This document shows positions 37,027 to 46,353 of a stretch of DNA of 64,000 nt, one piece after another (position 1 is the first letter of the stretch; every line of letters starts with the position of its first letter). The stretch comes from an uncultured Spartobacteria bacterium. Its GTDB lineage: Bacteria; Verrucomicrobiota; Verrucomicrobiia; Chthoniobacterales; Terrimicrobiaceae. The DNA lies in the NCBI GenBank assembly GCA_937888355.1, contig CALAPX010000027.1, positions 5,026 to 69,025 of the forward strand, read 5' to 3'. Both the position numbers and the translations under genes were made by a program. The notes under the pieces were generated by a model that saw only the letters and a program-made list of their open reading frames with translations, ran no database searches and was not told the origin of the DNA.

Positions 37027-38016
37027 ATGCTCGTCCAGGACGACATTCTAAGCCTCACCGCCGCCAGGTTTCCGCAAAACGCCGACTCGCCTTCGGATGT
37101 CATCCCTCTTGAAAAGGGTGGATCAGACCGGAAATTTCATCGCATCCGCAATGGCGGCAACTCGATGATTTTCATCAAATACTCGGCCCAAAAGGAGGAA
37201 AACCGGCACTATGTCCACATTGCCCGCTTCCTTGCCTCAGCGGGCGTTCCAGTACCTGGCGTGTTCGAGCACGATCCCGATGAGGGATTGATCTGGATGC
37301 AGGACATGGGAGATGACGATCTCTGGAGCTATCGAAACGAACCCTGGAGTATCCGGCGACCCCTCTACGAATCAACGCTCGACGCAGTTCTGGCCATGCA
37401 CACCACAGCAACCGTGGCGGCAACCGGAGAAGACTTGCACCTTGAGCGTGTATTCGATGCGGACCTCTACCACTGGGAACAAGGGTACTTTTTCGACAAT
37501 TGCCTCGGGACCCATTTCGGCATGAGCGCGCCGGCTCTAGAATCACTACGCTCCCTGCCAGCCCTGCATGATGCTTCCGACCGCCTGGCCTCACTCCCAC
37601 GTGTCCTCGTACACCGTGATTTTCAATCGCAGAATGTAATGATTCAACACGGGCGGGCATGGTTGATCGATTTTCAAGGGATGCGCTTCGGTCTTCCCCA
37701 GTACGACCTGGCTTCCCTTCTCCACGACCCCTATGCCGGGCTGGCTGAAGAGGAGAAGTGCGAACTCTTGGAATATTACAAATCCCGGCTTGGGGCAACT
37801 GGCGGGAAGGTCGAGTCCGACTTCGACACGGTCTTCGATTGGTGCTCTGTCCAACGCCTCATGCAAGCCCTCGGTGCTTACGGATTTCTCGGCCACCACA
37901 AGGGCCGCCCGGAGTTTCTTACCCATATCCCCGCCGCCCGCGCATCACTCTACCGCATTGCCTCCCGCCTTGATGATCTCGAGCCACTCGTTAATAAACT
38001 CGATTCACTGCCATGA
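37027..38016 (+). CDS. APH/choline-kinase-fold phosphotransferase (putative sugar kinase)
   Basis: ORF 36988..38016; ATG 37027 lies after the upstream stop. Motifs are the nucleotide-binding region EKGGSDRKFHRI, the catalytic loop VLVHRDFQSQNVM and the metal-binding WLIDFQGMRFG, followed by YDLASLLHDPY. The TGA overlaps the glgE ATG (ATGA 38013-38016). Confidence 0.8.
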   Translation: MLVQDDILSLTAARFPQNADSPSDVIPLEKGGSDRKFHRIRNGGNSMIFIKYSAQKEENRHYVHIARFLASAGVPVPGVFEHDPDEGLIWMQDMGDDDLWSYRNEPWSIRRPLYESTLDAVLAMHTTATVAATGEDLHLERVFDADLYHWEQGYFFDNCLGTHFGMSAPALESLRSLPALHDASDRLASLPRVLVHRDFQSQNVMIQHGRAWLIDFQGMRFGLPQYDLASLLHDPYAGLAEEEKCELLEYYKSRLGATGGKVESDFDTVFDWCSVQRLMQALGAYGFLGHHKGRPEFLTHIPAARASLYRIASRLDDLEPLVNKLDSLP

Positions 38017-40010
38017 CTCAAAGTCCCGAAACCGTCGTCATCCGTCACATCACACCCTCCCTCGACAACGGCCGCTTTTCCATCAAGCGTCAAGTCGGTG
38101 GTGAAATTGTTGTCGAAGGGGATATCTTCAAGGAAGGACACGATCTTGTATCGGCTCTGCTCAAGTGGCGCCTCGCGGGGCACAAAACTTGGAACGAAAC
38201 ACCCATGCGCCCGATCGGGAATGATCGCTGGCAGGGAACCCTCTGCGTCACAGAAATGGGGGCTTGGGAATTCACTATTGAGGCTTGGGGCGATGTCTTC
38301 TTCTCCTGGCAGCATGAAATCGCTAAAAAATTCGGCGCAGGCTTGAGGGATCTTCAAAGCGAGATTCTTGAAGGAGCTGCATTTATTGAAGCCGCCGCCT
38401 TACGGGCGGGAAAGACGCCGGACGCCAACGCCCTCCGAAAATTTGGTGCCGCTCTCCGCGTGGCGGATGCAGACACGGCGCTCACGCACGCCCACGACCC
38501 GGCACTCGCCGCACTCATGTGCATCCATGCCGATCGCACGCTCTCGACTGTCGCTCAACCATATCAACCCGTGTGGGTAGATCGTGAGCGTGCCACCTTT
38601 GCCGCATGGTACGAATTTTTCCCCCGCTCCGCTGAGGGCAAGGCCGACTCCGGGTCAACGTTCCGGGACTGCCTAGGCCGCATCGACGATGCCAAAAGCA
38701 TGGGCTTCGATGTCATTTACTTCCCTCCGATCCACCCGATCGGCGCCACGAACCGCAAGGGGCGCAACAACTCGCTCAAGTGCCAACCCGGCGAACCCGG
38801 AGTCCCATACGCCATTGGAAATAAACTCCAGGGCATCAATGGCGGAGGACACAAGGATGTCGCTCCGGAACTCGGTACCCTTGAGGACTTCGAGTGGCTT
38901 GTCGGCGAGACTCACAAACGAGGCATGGAGATCGCTCTAGACTTCGCCATCAACTGCTCACCAGACCATCCTTACGTCGAGGAGCACCCCGAATGGTTTT
39001 TCAAACGTCCCGACGGCTCGATTAAATATGCCGAAAACCCTCCGAAAAAATACGAGGACGTCTACCCCCTGAATTTTCACAACGAGAACTGGCGAACCCT
39101 TTGGGACGAACTCCGTGACGTGATCCTGTTCTGGTGCGAACGAGGCGTTCGGATCCTCCGGGTGGACAACCCACATACAAAGCCCGTTGCTTTCTGGGAG
39201 TGGGTGATAGCGGAAGTGAAAGCGAAATTTCCCGACACTGTTTTTCTCAGCGAGGCCTTCACCATGCCAAAGATGATGCAGGAACTTGCCAAGGCCGGGT
39301 TCACGCAAAGCTACACCTATTTCACTTGGCGAAATACCAAGCAGGAACTGGAAGAGTATTTCACCGAACTCACCACCCCACCGATGCGGGATTTCTTTCG
39401 TGCGAACTTTTTTGTGAACACCCCGGATATCCTGCCCGAATTTCTTCAGAAAGGCGGGCGGCCTGCATTTATTATCCGGGCTGTGCTTGCTGCACTGGCG
39501 TCCCCGGTCTATGGGATCTACAGCGGGTTCGAGCTGTGTGAAAACACACCTGTTCCGGGCAAAGAGGAATACCTCGACTCTGAAAAATACCAGTTCAAAG
39601 GCCGTGATTGGAATGCTCCAGGGAACATCAAGGACTACATCACGCGCCTCAACAGTATCCGCCGGGATAACCGTGTCTTTCGCGATTACGACAACCTCCG
39701 TATTCAGACAACAGAAAACGATGCCATCCTAGCGTTCAGCAAAACAACTGCTGCGCTTGACAATATTATTTATGTCGCTGTGTCGGTTGATCCATGGAAT
39801 GCGCAAGGTGGCTTTGTGCATGTCCCCTTGGAGGATTTTGGAATTGGCCACGATGAGGAATACCGCATGGAAGACCTCTTGACCGGAGAGAAATTCACCT
39901 GGCGAGGTCCAAGAAACTTTGTTGGCCTTGATCCCCATGAGCGACCTGCCCACGTCTTTCGTGTCCGACGACTCATCGGACGCCGTGCGGGCGAACCGAT
40001 TTTTGCTTAG
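38013..40010 (+). CDS. glgE: Alpha-1,4-glucan:maltose-1-phosphate maltosyltransferase
   Basis: 665 aa. N-terminus VVIRHITPSLDNGRFSIKRQVGGEIVVEGDIF, then FAAWYEFFPRS, YFPPIHPIG..NRKGRNN, LDFAINCSPDHPYVEEHPEWF, ILRVDNPHTKP. These are GlgE (GH13_3) hallmarks. Confidence 0.92.
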   Translation: MTQSPETVVIRHITPSLDNGRFSIKRQVGGEIVVEGDIFKEGHDLVSALLKWRLAGHKTWNETPMRPIGNDRWQGTLCVTEMGAWEFTIEAWGDVFFSWQHEIAKKFGAGLRDLQSEILEGAAFIEAAALRAGKTPDANALRKFGAALRVADADTALTHAHDPALAALMCIHADRTLSTVAQPYQPVWVDRERATFAAWYEFFPRSAEGKADSGSTFRDCLGRIDDAKSMGFDVIYFPPIHPIGATNRKGRNNSLKCQPGEPGVPYAIGNKLQGINGGGHKDVAPELGTLEDFEWLVGETHKRGMEIALDFAINCSPDHPYVEEHPEWFFKRPDGSIKYAENPPKKYEDVYPLNFHNENWRTLWDELRDVILFWCERGVRILRVDNPHTKPVAFWEWVIAEVKAKFPDTVFLSEAFTMPKMMQELAKAGFTQSYTYFTWRNTKQELEEYFTELTTPPMRDFFRANFFVNTPDILPEFLQKGGRPAFIIRAVLAALASPVYGIYSGFELCENTPVPGKEEYLDSEKYQFKGRDWNAPGNIKDYITRLNSIRRDNRVFRDYDNLRIQTTENDAILAFSKTTAALDNIIYVAVSVDPWNAQGGFVHVPLEDFGIGHDEEYRMEDLLTGEKFTWRGPRNFVGLDPHERPAHVFRVRRLIGRRAGEPIFA

Positions 40011-40041
40011 GGAAAAGGCCCCTGATCAGAATATTTCCGGT

Positions 40042-40506
40042 TTATTCGGCAGGCTTTTCGGCAGCCGCCTTGCGAAGTGTCACCCGCTTGATCTTTTCTT
40101 CCGTTTTCGGGCTGCTGGTCGAAATTTCAGGGTCGTCCTTGAACACGTTGTGCACAATGCGGCGATCATAGGCATTGAGTGGAGCGGTATGCATCGGCCG
40201 GCCTGTTGAGCGAACCACCTCGCCGAGTTGCCTTACTTGGGCGACAAGAGCATGATCACGCATTGCTCGGTGATGCGCGATATCCACGATGACTCTGGGA
40301 GCCGGTGGTGTTTGAACCGCAAGGATACGGTTCACAATCAATTGGAGATCTTCCATGACCTGCTCGCGTCGTCCAATCAAGCGCTCTGGCTCACTGGTCA
40401 GCACCTGAAGCACCATCGTTCCATCCTGCGACTCTTCCTGAACCGTGGCGACAAAGCCAAGGTATCCGAGAATGGTGTCGAGGATTTCAGCGGGCTTCTG
40501 GTTCAT
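40042..40506 (-). CDS. Jag/KhpB-type RNA-binding protein (KH + R3H domains)
   Basis: 154 aa. The R3H region is PMHTAPLNAYDRRIVHNVFKD. The position downstream of yidC is the conserved synteny. Confidence 0.85.
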   Translation of the reverse strand: MNQKPAEILDTILGYLGFVATVQEESQDGTMVLQVLTSEPERLIGRREQVMEDLQLIVNRILAVQTPPAPRVIVDIAHHRAMRDHALVAQVRQLGEVVRSTGRPMHTAPLNAYDRRIVHNVFKDDPEISTSSPKTEEKIKRVTLRKAAAEKPAE

Positions 40507-40509
40507 AGA

Positions 40510-42234
40510 CTATGGGCGCTTTTTTCCTTTTTTCTTTGCCAAAACGGCCTGGCGTTTTGCAACCACACTTTTCTTTTCAAGGATGGGCAGGGGTTTGTTG
40601 CGGGTCAGGTACAACTGAACAATCGAGAAGATATTTTGCGTTGTCCAATACAGAGCCAACCCACTGGCGTAGTTGTAGCAGAAGGCCAGAAAGATCACTG
40701 GCATGAAGTAGAAAATTCGCTGCTGCATCGCGTCGCCGGTCTTCGGCGTGATGATCATTTGCCATACCATCGTTCCCGCCATGACAATTGGCAGAATATT
40801 GATAGGGAATCCCAACACATGGGCGATTGTGTCCGGCTGGGAGAGGTCCTGCACCCATAGGAACGAGCTATTGCGAAGCTCAATCGCCGTTCCTAGCATC
40901 GAGTAGAAGCCGAAGAAAATCGGGATCTGGATCAACATGGGAAGGCACCCACCGAAGGGATTCACTCCATACTCCTTGTAGAGCTTCATGACCTCCTGGT
41001 TCATCTTCTGCGGGTCGTCTTTGAATTTCTCCCGCATCTCGGTCATCTTCGGGGAGAGGAGCGCCATTTTCCGCATCCCGTTGGTCGCCTTGTTTTGGAT
41101 CGGCCAGAGGAACGACTTGATCAGGATAGTAAGGAGAATGATGGATGCGGCGTAGTTGCCAATAAAGTCATGGATGCCATTCATGGCCCAGAGGAGAAAT
41201 TCACTGACAAATCCAAAGATTCCGAAATCCATGACTTTGTCCTGCGTCGGTCCCAGCTCGCGCAGATTGGGGAGTTCCTTGGGGCCCGCATAGATCCGGA
41301 ATGTGCGGGTTTCGCTCATTCCCGGGGACAAGACCGGCCCGCCTTGGATCAATCCCCCTTGAATTCCAAGAATTTCTTTCCCGTCGAGTTTTGGAGCTTG
41401 GAAGCTCTTCGCCCAAACCGATTTTGTGGGTGAACCGGCGGCAGGGGTGAGGATCGTGCAAAAATATTGGCTGGTCACAGCAACCCAGCGAATATCCGGC
41501 TCGCTCTCCTGATACAAATCACGCACGCCATGAAGTTCGATACCGATCAAAGGAATCGAACTTGCACTGAACCAGTTCACATCAATTTTTGACATTGAGG
41601 ACTCGTGGCCCCAGTCGAAGCGAGTATACATGGGCAGGTCGAGTGCGTGGATCGGCGCCGCACCGCCAGTGCCGACAAAGAAATCCGGAACCGTCAATGT
41701 CTCGCCGCCTGTGTTGCGGAAATTGATTTCGAGATCCACCAAGTATTGGTTCTTGCCGCCTGTGGCGTCAGTTAACGTGAAGCGCTTCGAGATTTCCAAC
41801 CCGTCGGCCTGCATTTTTTGAAATACCACCCGCGCAGCTGCCTTGTCGGCATGCATTGTGAAGCCGCCCAGAACCTCACCGGGCTCGAATCCCAGAGCGC
41901 CAACCGGCATCATGCGACTACGATTCAAGGCAAGGTGCTCGCTGTTTTCGCCCATGTGCATGCGGAGCACAACTTGCTCAATCCCGCCTGTGTCATTATT
42001 GAACACAAATTCAACTCCATCGCGTTCCAGGGACTGGGCGCGCGGAGCCATGGTAGGCGGAGCTTCTGGAATATTCTCGGCGACTGACTGTACAGGCACT
42101 GTCGGAGGCGGAGGTGTCGCGACCACCCCTGGCGGAGGCAGCTCGGGCTGAGGGTAGTATTTACTGATATACCACTGCCAGCCAAAGAGCCCGGCAACGG
42201 AAAGAATGATGGCGATCCAAGATTTTCGGTCCAT
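40510..42234 (-). CDS. yidC: Membrane protein insertase YidC
   Basis: 574 aa. N-terminal TM, a large periplasmic domain, and the conserved C-terminal 5-TM core (GCLPMLIQIPIFFGFY...). Confidence 0.95.
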   Translation of the reverse strand: MDRKSWIAIILSVAGLFGWQWYISKYYPQPELPPPGVVATPPPPTVPVQSVAENIPEAPPTMAPRAQSLERDGVEFVFNNDTGGIEQVVLRMHMGENSEHLALNRSRMMPVGALGFEPGEVLGGFTMHADKAAARVVFQKMQADGLEISKRFTLTDATGGKNQYLVDLEINFRNTGGETLTVPDFFVGTGGAAPIHALDLPMYTRFDWGHESSMSKIDVNWFSASSIPLIGIELHGVRDLYQESEPDIRWVAVTSQYFCTILTPAAGSPTKSVWAKSFQAPKLDGKEILGIQGGLIQGGPVLSPGMSETRTFRIYAGPKELPNLRELGPTQDKVMDFGIFGFVSEFLLWAMNGIHDFIGNYAASIILLTILIKSFLWPIQNKATNGMRKMALLSPKMTEMREKFKDDPQKMNQEVMKLYKEYGVNPFGGCLPMLIQIPIFFGFYSMLGTAIELRNSSFLWVQDLSQPDTIAHVLGFPINILPIVMAGTMVWQMIITPKTGDAMQQRIFYFMPVIFLAFCYNYASGLALYWTTQNIFSIVQLYLTRNKPLPILEKKSVVAKRQAVLAKKKGKKRP

Positions 42235-42485
42235 TAGTTTGAAAAAGGTCTAAACGGGGGCGGAACAGGGTCGTGTCCACATCCTCCCCAAGGTTGGCAC
42301 CTCAGAATACGACTGATTCCCAGCCTCAGCCCCTGCCAAATCCCGTGTGCCTGCAATGCTTCAATGACATACTGCGAGCAACTTGGCTCATATCGACATC
42401 CAGACCCTGAGCCGCATAGCGCCAACAAGAGAGGCGACACGGCCCACTGGTAGGCACGGATTAAAAAAATAAGCGCTCGGGTCAT
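42234..42485 (-). CDS. yidD: Membrane protein insertion efficiency factor YidD
   Basis: ORF 42234..42596. ATG 42485 gives [20 protein letters not shown]...[17 protein letters not shown]. The ATG overlaps the rnpA stop (ATGA). Confidence 0.9.
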   Translation of the reverse strand: MTRALIFLIRAYQWAVSPLLLALCGSGSGCRYEPSCSQYVIEALQAHGIWQGLRLGISRILRCQPWGGCGHDPVPPPFRPFSN

Positions 42486-42883
42486 ACGGAAGGCGGAAAA
42501 ATAGAAAGACGTCGGCAAAGAAGCAACCATTCCGCACGCAATTCGTCGAATGTAGCAGCAGAGGCCGTGGATTTCGCGACGATCACAAGATGCCAACCGG
42601 CTGGGATTTCGGGCAATGAATGCCTAACAATCTCTCTCAAACGCCGGCGCACCGTGTTGCGCACCACCGCACCGCCAACGCGACGCGATGTGATGATCCC
42701 GACCCGTGTCGGCTTGGCTTCGGCCAATTTAAAACACCCAACCCGCATCAATCGAGCTTGAACTGACCTCCCGTGCTCACGCACACGGCCAAACTCACTG
42801 CTCCTGTGGAGACGAACGGATTTTGGAAAACGGTGCCGGATCTGCTCAGGCCTCGGTGTGTCTGGCGAAGTGGATCTCGACAC
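42482..42883 (-). CDS. rnpA: RNase P protein component
   Basis: 133 aa. [16 protein letters not shown]...[25 protein letters not shown] (RNR motif). The only in-frame start upstream of the conserved core is GTG at 42883, which lies 38 nt inside rpmH. Confidence 0.88.
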   Translation of the reverse strand: MSRSTSPDTPRPEQIRHRFPKSVRLHRSSEFGRVREHGRSVQARLMRVGCFKLAEAKPTRVGIITSRRVGGAVVRNTVRRRLREIVRHSLPEIPAGWHLVIVAKSTASAATFDELRAEWLLLCRRLSIFPPSV

Positions 42884-43019
42884 CTTTCGGTAGCAGGCGC
42901 TTGCGCCCCTGGCGACGCCGGCGGCTTAAAATGGCCCGGCCGGCCTTTGTCTTCATGCGGGCACGGAAACCGAACTGCTGCTTGCGCGTCCGCTTGGAAG
43001 GCTGGTATGTGCGTTTCAT
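42846..43019 (-). CDS. rpmH: 50S ribosomal protein L34 (57 aa, C-terminally extended)
   Basis: Below the ORF-track length cut-off; found by reading. The translation is [60 protein letters not shown] at 43019-43017, TGA at 42848-42846. Confidence 0.92.
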   Translation of the reverse strand: MKRTYQPSKRTRKQQFGFRARMKTKAGRAILSRRRRQGRKRLLPKGVEIHFARHTEA

Positions 43020-43040
43020 AAATTCTTAAATGGATCGCGG

Positions 43041-43068
43041 AGATTACGCCCCACCTTTTCTGCGTCAA
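43041..43068 (-). promoter_or_regulatory. Putative sigma70-type promoter of the rpmH operon
   Basis: On the minus strand: TTGACG (43068-43063), a 16-nt spacer, then TAATCT (43046-43041), about 22 nt upstream of the rpmH ATG. Confidence 0.35.
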
Positions 43069-43203
43069 CCTTAAATCCTGACCCTTTTTAGGAGCGTTTG
43101 CTGTACCCCCGTTCTCTGGCTACGAATCACGGGCAGCGACACAATATAAACAAGCGGAAGAGTGAGACGCTCTTTTCACTTCCAAGCGGCCGCACTCGAG
43201 CAA

Positions 43204-44775
43204 TTAAGCGCTGAGGTTCCCTGCGCGGAGGGCATGAAACTCGTAACTATCCACAAGAGCCAACCAGCTTGCCTCAATGATGTTGTCCGAGACACCAACG
43301 GTACCCCACTTGGCGGCCCCATCGCTGGATACGATCAGAACACGCGTGCGGGCAGCGGTACCGCGTGACCCATCAATGATCCGGACCTTGTAGTCCTCCA
43401 GCCTCACGGCATCTATCCAAGGGTAAAACGGACGCAGGGCTTTGCGAAGCGCGGCATCCAAGGCATTCACAGGGCCATCCCCTTCATCCACGGTGTACTC
43501 GGCAACCCCACCGACCTCGAGTTTTACGGTGGCTTCGCAGGTGGTGAAGTTGTGCTGCGAGGATTGCCGGAAGGAACAATGAAACTCTCGAAGCTCGAAC
43601 AAGGGGGTATGAGCACCAAGCGTGCGACGGATTAAAAGGTCGAGCGAGGCGTCGGCGGCCTCGAATTCGTAACCTTGCACCTCGGATTCCTTCACCTTTT
43701 TGAGGATGGCCGCCACCTCCGGATTCCCTTTTTGGAATGCATGCCCCAACTCTGCCGCCTTGGCGAGGATGTTGCTTTGGCCAGACATGTCGGAAACGAG
43801 AATCGTCTGCGAGTTTCCCACGAGAGTGGGATCCATGTGCTCATACGTGCGGGCGAGTTTTTGCACAGCATGCACATGGAGGCCTCCCTTGTGGGTGAAG
43901 GCTGCCTGCCCAACAAATGGAGCGCGGATATCTTGTGGCACATTTGCCAACTCGTCCACAAACCGGGATACTTCGCGGAGCATCCGGAGATCCGGAATGC
44001 AATTGACCCCCATTTTTACCTGAAGGGCGGGAATAGTCGTCGTAAGATTGCAATTCCCCACCCGCTCGCCATAGCCATTGATGGTGCCCTGGACTTGAGA
44101 GGCTCCGGCGTGGACTGCCGCAAGTGCATTTGCGACACCGAGCCCGCAATCGTTATGGGTATGGATTCCCACCTTGCACTCGAGTTGGGTGATGACCTCC
44201 TCGGTGGCGCGATGAATATCCTCGGGAAGCGTGCCGCCGTTGGTGTCGCAGAGCACAAGCACATCCGCTCCGGCATCGCGGGCCGCACGGAGGGTCTTCA
44301 GGGAGTATTCCGGGTCATCCTTGAAACTATCGAAGAAATGTTCGGCATCGTAGAACACCTCGCGCCCGTGGGATTTTAAATGGGCGATCGTGTCCCCGAT
44401 CATGGCTAAATTTTCCTCAGCGGTGACATTCAGCACCTCGGTGACATGCAAAAGCCATGTCTTGCCAACAATCGTAACTACAGGCGTTCCGGCATCCAAA
44501 AGCATGCGGACTTGCGAATCTACGGCAACATCGACCCCTCCCCGGCGCGTGCTCCCAAAGGCAGCGAGCCGGGCGTGTTTCCACTTGAGCTTCGACGCCT
44601 CGGCGAAAAATGCCGCATCACGGGGATTCGATCCCGGCCACCCGCCCTCAATGTAATCGACCCCAAATTCATCGAGTTTTTGGGCCACGCGGATCTTGTC
44701 CAGAACTGAAAAGGAAATGCCTGTGCCCTGAGTGCCGTCGCGCAGCGTGGTGTCGTATATCGTGACCGGTTTCAT
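43204..44775 (-). CDS. cimA: (R)-citramalate synthase (LeuA-related, long form)
   Basis: 523 aa. MKPVTIYDTTLRDGTQGTGISFSVLDKIRVAQKLDEFGVDYIEGGWPGSNPRD, HTHND and a C-terminal LeuA-dimer regulatory domain. The pattern fits the CimA clade rather than IPMS, but an HMM or tree would be needed to confirm this. Confidence 0.85.
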   Translation of the reverse strand: MKPVTIYDTTLRDGTQGTGISFSVLDKIRVAQKLDEFGVDYIEGGWPGSNPRDAAFFAEASKLKWKHARLAAFGSTRRGGVDVAVDSQVRMLLDAGTPVVTIVGKTWLLHVTEVLNVTAEENLAMIGDTIAHLKSHGREVFYDAEHFFDSFKDDPEYSLKTLRAARDAGADVLVLCDTNGGTLPEDIHRATEEVITQLECKVGIHTHNDCGLGVANALAAVHAGASQVQGTINGYGERVGNCNLTTTIPALQVKMGVNCIPDLRMLREVSRFVDELANVPQDIRAPFVGQAAFTHKGGLHVHAVQKLARTYEHMDPTLVGNSQTILVSDMSGQSNILAKAAELGHAFQKGNPEVAAILKKVKESEVQGYEFEAADASLDLLIRRTLGAHTPLFELREFHCSFRQSSQHNFTTCEATVKLEVGGVAEYTVDEGDGPVNALDAALRKALRPFYPWIDAVRLEDYKVRIIDGSRGTAARTRVLIVSSDGAAKWGTVGVSDNIIEASWLALVDSYEFHALRAGNLSA

Positions 44776-44871
44776 TGATTAGATATTTACCCTACCGGCG
44801 TGCACAGTAGCGATCAAGACCCACCTCGCTCGGGACGTGACAATCCATAAGACGCGCGGATAGTTGTCCCC

Positions 44872-45951
44872 ATGGAAATCTTGAAGACCCTTGCTGTGGC
44901 CCTGAGCCTTGGCACCCTCGCGGGCCTGAATCTCTACCTGACCGTATTTGTAACGGGATTGGCGCTGCAAATGGATTGGGTGGCTCTCCCGCCACCACTG
45001 CACGGGCTCGAAGTCTTGGGCCATCCAATCGTGATCGCTGTCGCAGGGGTTCTATACCTTGTGGAATTTCTAGCCGACAAAGTGCCTTGGATCGACACGG
45101 CATGGGATGCCGCGCACACGTTTATCCGCCCTGTTGGCGCTGCCGCTATTGCTGTGGCGGCAATGGGCGAGGCTCACCCGGCATTTGAGGTCGTTGGCGC
45201 CCTGCTTGCGGGGGGCATGGCCCTCTCCTCTCATATCGCCAAGTCCGGCACCCGACTCGCGGTCAACGCCTCTCCAGAACCATTTAGCAATATCGGACTG
45301 AGTGTGGCGGAGGACACGCTTGTTCTTGGAGGTCTAGCCCTCCTCGTCTGGAGCCCGATTGTCGCCCTGGCGGTGAGCATGGCATTTATCGGCGTCATTT
45401 TGTTTTTTCTACCGCGATTGATCCGGTGTATCCGGACGACTCTTTGGTTCGCCTGGAAAAAACTTAATGCTCCTCCAGAGCACAAAAAAGCCTCTGAGCC
45501 CATGAAGAGCATTCCCCTGAAGTGGGAGGCTCAACTCCGCCGCATGCACCCGGCCAAGTCACCGATCGAATGGGCTGTCCCATGCGTCAGTCACAAAGGG
45601 GATCTTGTGAAGGGAAATATCCATGGCTGGCTGCTCAGCCTTGGAGCTGAACCTTCAGAGGTCCGCTTTTTAGGGCGCACATGGAGAGGCGGGTTGGCTG
45701 TGGCCATGGATATCCGGGATGCCAGAATCCAAATTAACGAGGGATTTCTAGGCGACCGCATCGATATCACCCACCGCGATGGGCATCCACGACAGGCATT
45801 CAGTTTCTGTGCCGAATGGACACGGTGTGCGAAGGCTCTAGCCTCACGCTTGAAAGAGGATTCCGATCTCGTTTCCAGAACTCCAGGCCAAGAACCCCTT
45901 CTCGGCATCCAATCTCTCAGCCAGCTGGGCGCCGAGGAGCTTGGATCATGA
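44872..45951 (+). CDS. DUF4126-type membrane protein with a soluble C-terminal extension of about 160 aa
   Basis: 359 aa. The N-terminal half is polytopic (LAGLNLYLTVFVTGLA...LVEFLADKVPWIDTAWD), as in DUF4126. The C-terminal half is unassigned. Confidence 0.65.
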   Translation: MEILKTLAVALSLGTLAGLNLYLTVFVTGLALQMDWVALPPPLHGLEVLGHPIVIAVAGVLYLVEFLADKVPWIDTAWDAAHTFIRPVGAAAIAVAAMGEAHPAFEVVGALLAGGMALSSHIAKSGTRLAVNASPEPFSNIGLSVAEDTLVLGGLALLVWSPIVALAVSMAFIGVILFFLPRLIRCIRTTLWFAWKKLNAPPEHKKASEPMKSIPLKWEAQLRRMHPAKSPIEWAVPCVSHKGDLVKGNIHGWLLSLGAEPSEVRFLGRTWRGGLAVAMDIRDARIQINEGFLGDRIDITHRDGHPRQAFSFCAEWTRCAKALASRLKEDSDLVSRTPGQEPLLGIQSLSQLGAEELGS

Positions 45952-46291
45952 TTTTCTGCGTGAATTCCATGGAAGCGGAATCATCGCGGTTTTCGAGTTC
46001 AGCAAGGTAGTTGTCAAAAATAGCGACAGCCTCTGCGCGAGGCATCAGGTCTGTTTGTGACACCACCTGGAGACGTTGACTGTAGTCCCGGAAGTCAACA
46101 CGCACCTTCCCACGCGTGAGGAGCTGTACGATCACACTCAATGCCTGAGCATTCGAGTATCCAAGCTTGAGCACAAATTCCTCGATCTTTTCGGCGACAG
46201 TGCAAGCCGTTGGTTCGACCGCTTCTCGGAACTCCGCGCTCATTAATGCGCGGGTTTCTTCAAGGCATATGGTTTTAGCTGTCTTTGACAT
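45917..46291 (-). CDS. Hypothetical protein (124 aa), downstream of rng
   Basis: ORF 45917..46642 is over-extended into rng. ATG 46291 gives MSKTAKTICLEETRALMSAEFREAVEP... Codon usage looks coding. No family recognised. The 3' end overlaps the convergent DUF4126 gene by 35 nt. Confidence 0.45.
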   Translation of the reverse strand: MSKTAKTICLEETRALMSAEFREAVEPTACTVAEKIEEFVLKLGYSNAQALSVIVQLLTRGKVRVDFRDYSQRLQVVSQTDLMPRAEAVAIFDNYLAELENRDDSASMEFTQKIMIQAPRRPAG

Positions 46292-46353
46292 GGCGGGTAA
46301 CAAATGCAGTAGGCTTGGTATGCCTCTAAGTTGAAATAAAAAAATCCGTTTTC

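Noticed and set aside
42846-43203. The rpmH-rnpA-yidD-yidC-jag cluster as a marker of oriC/dnaA.
   Set aside because: The gene upstream of rpmH is cimA, not dnaA. I found no TTATCCACA-like DnaA boxes or AT-rich unwinding element in the 184-nt spacer. There is no evidence for an origin here.
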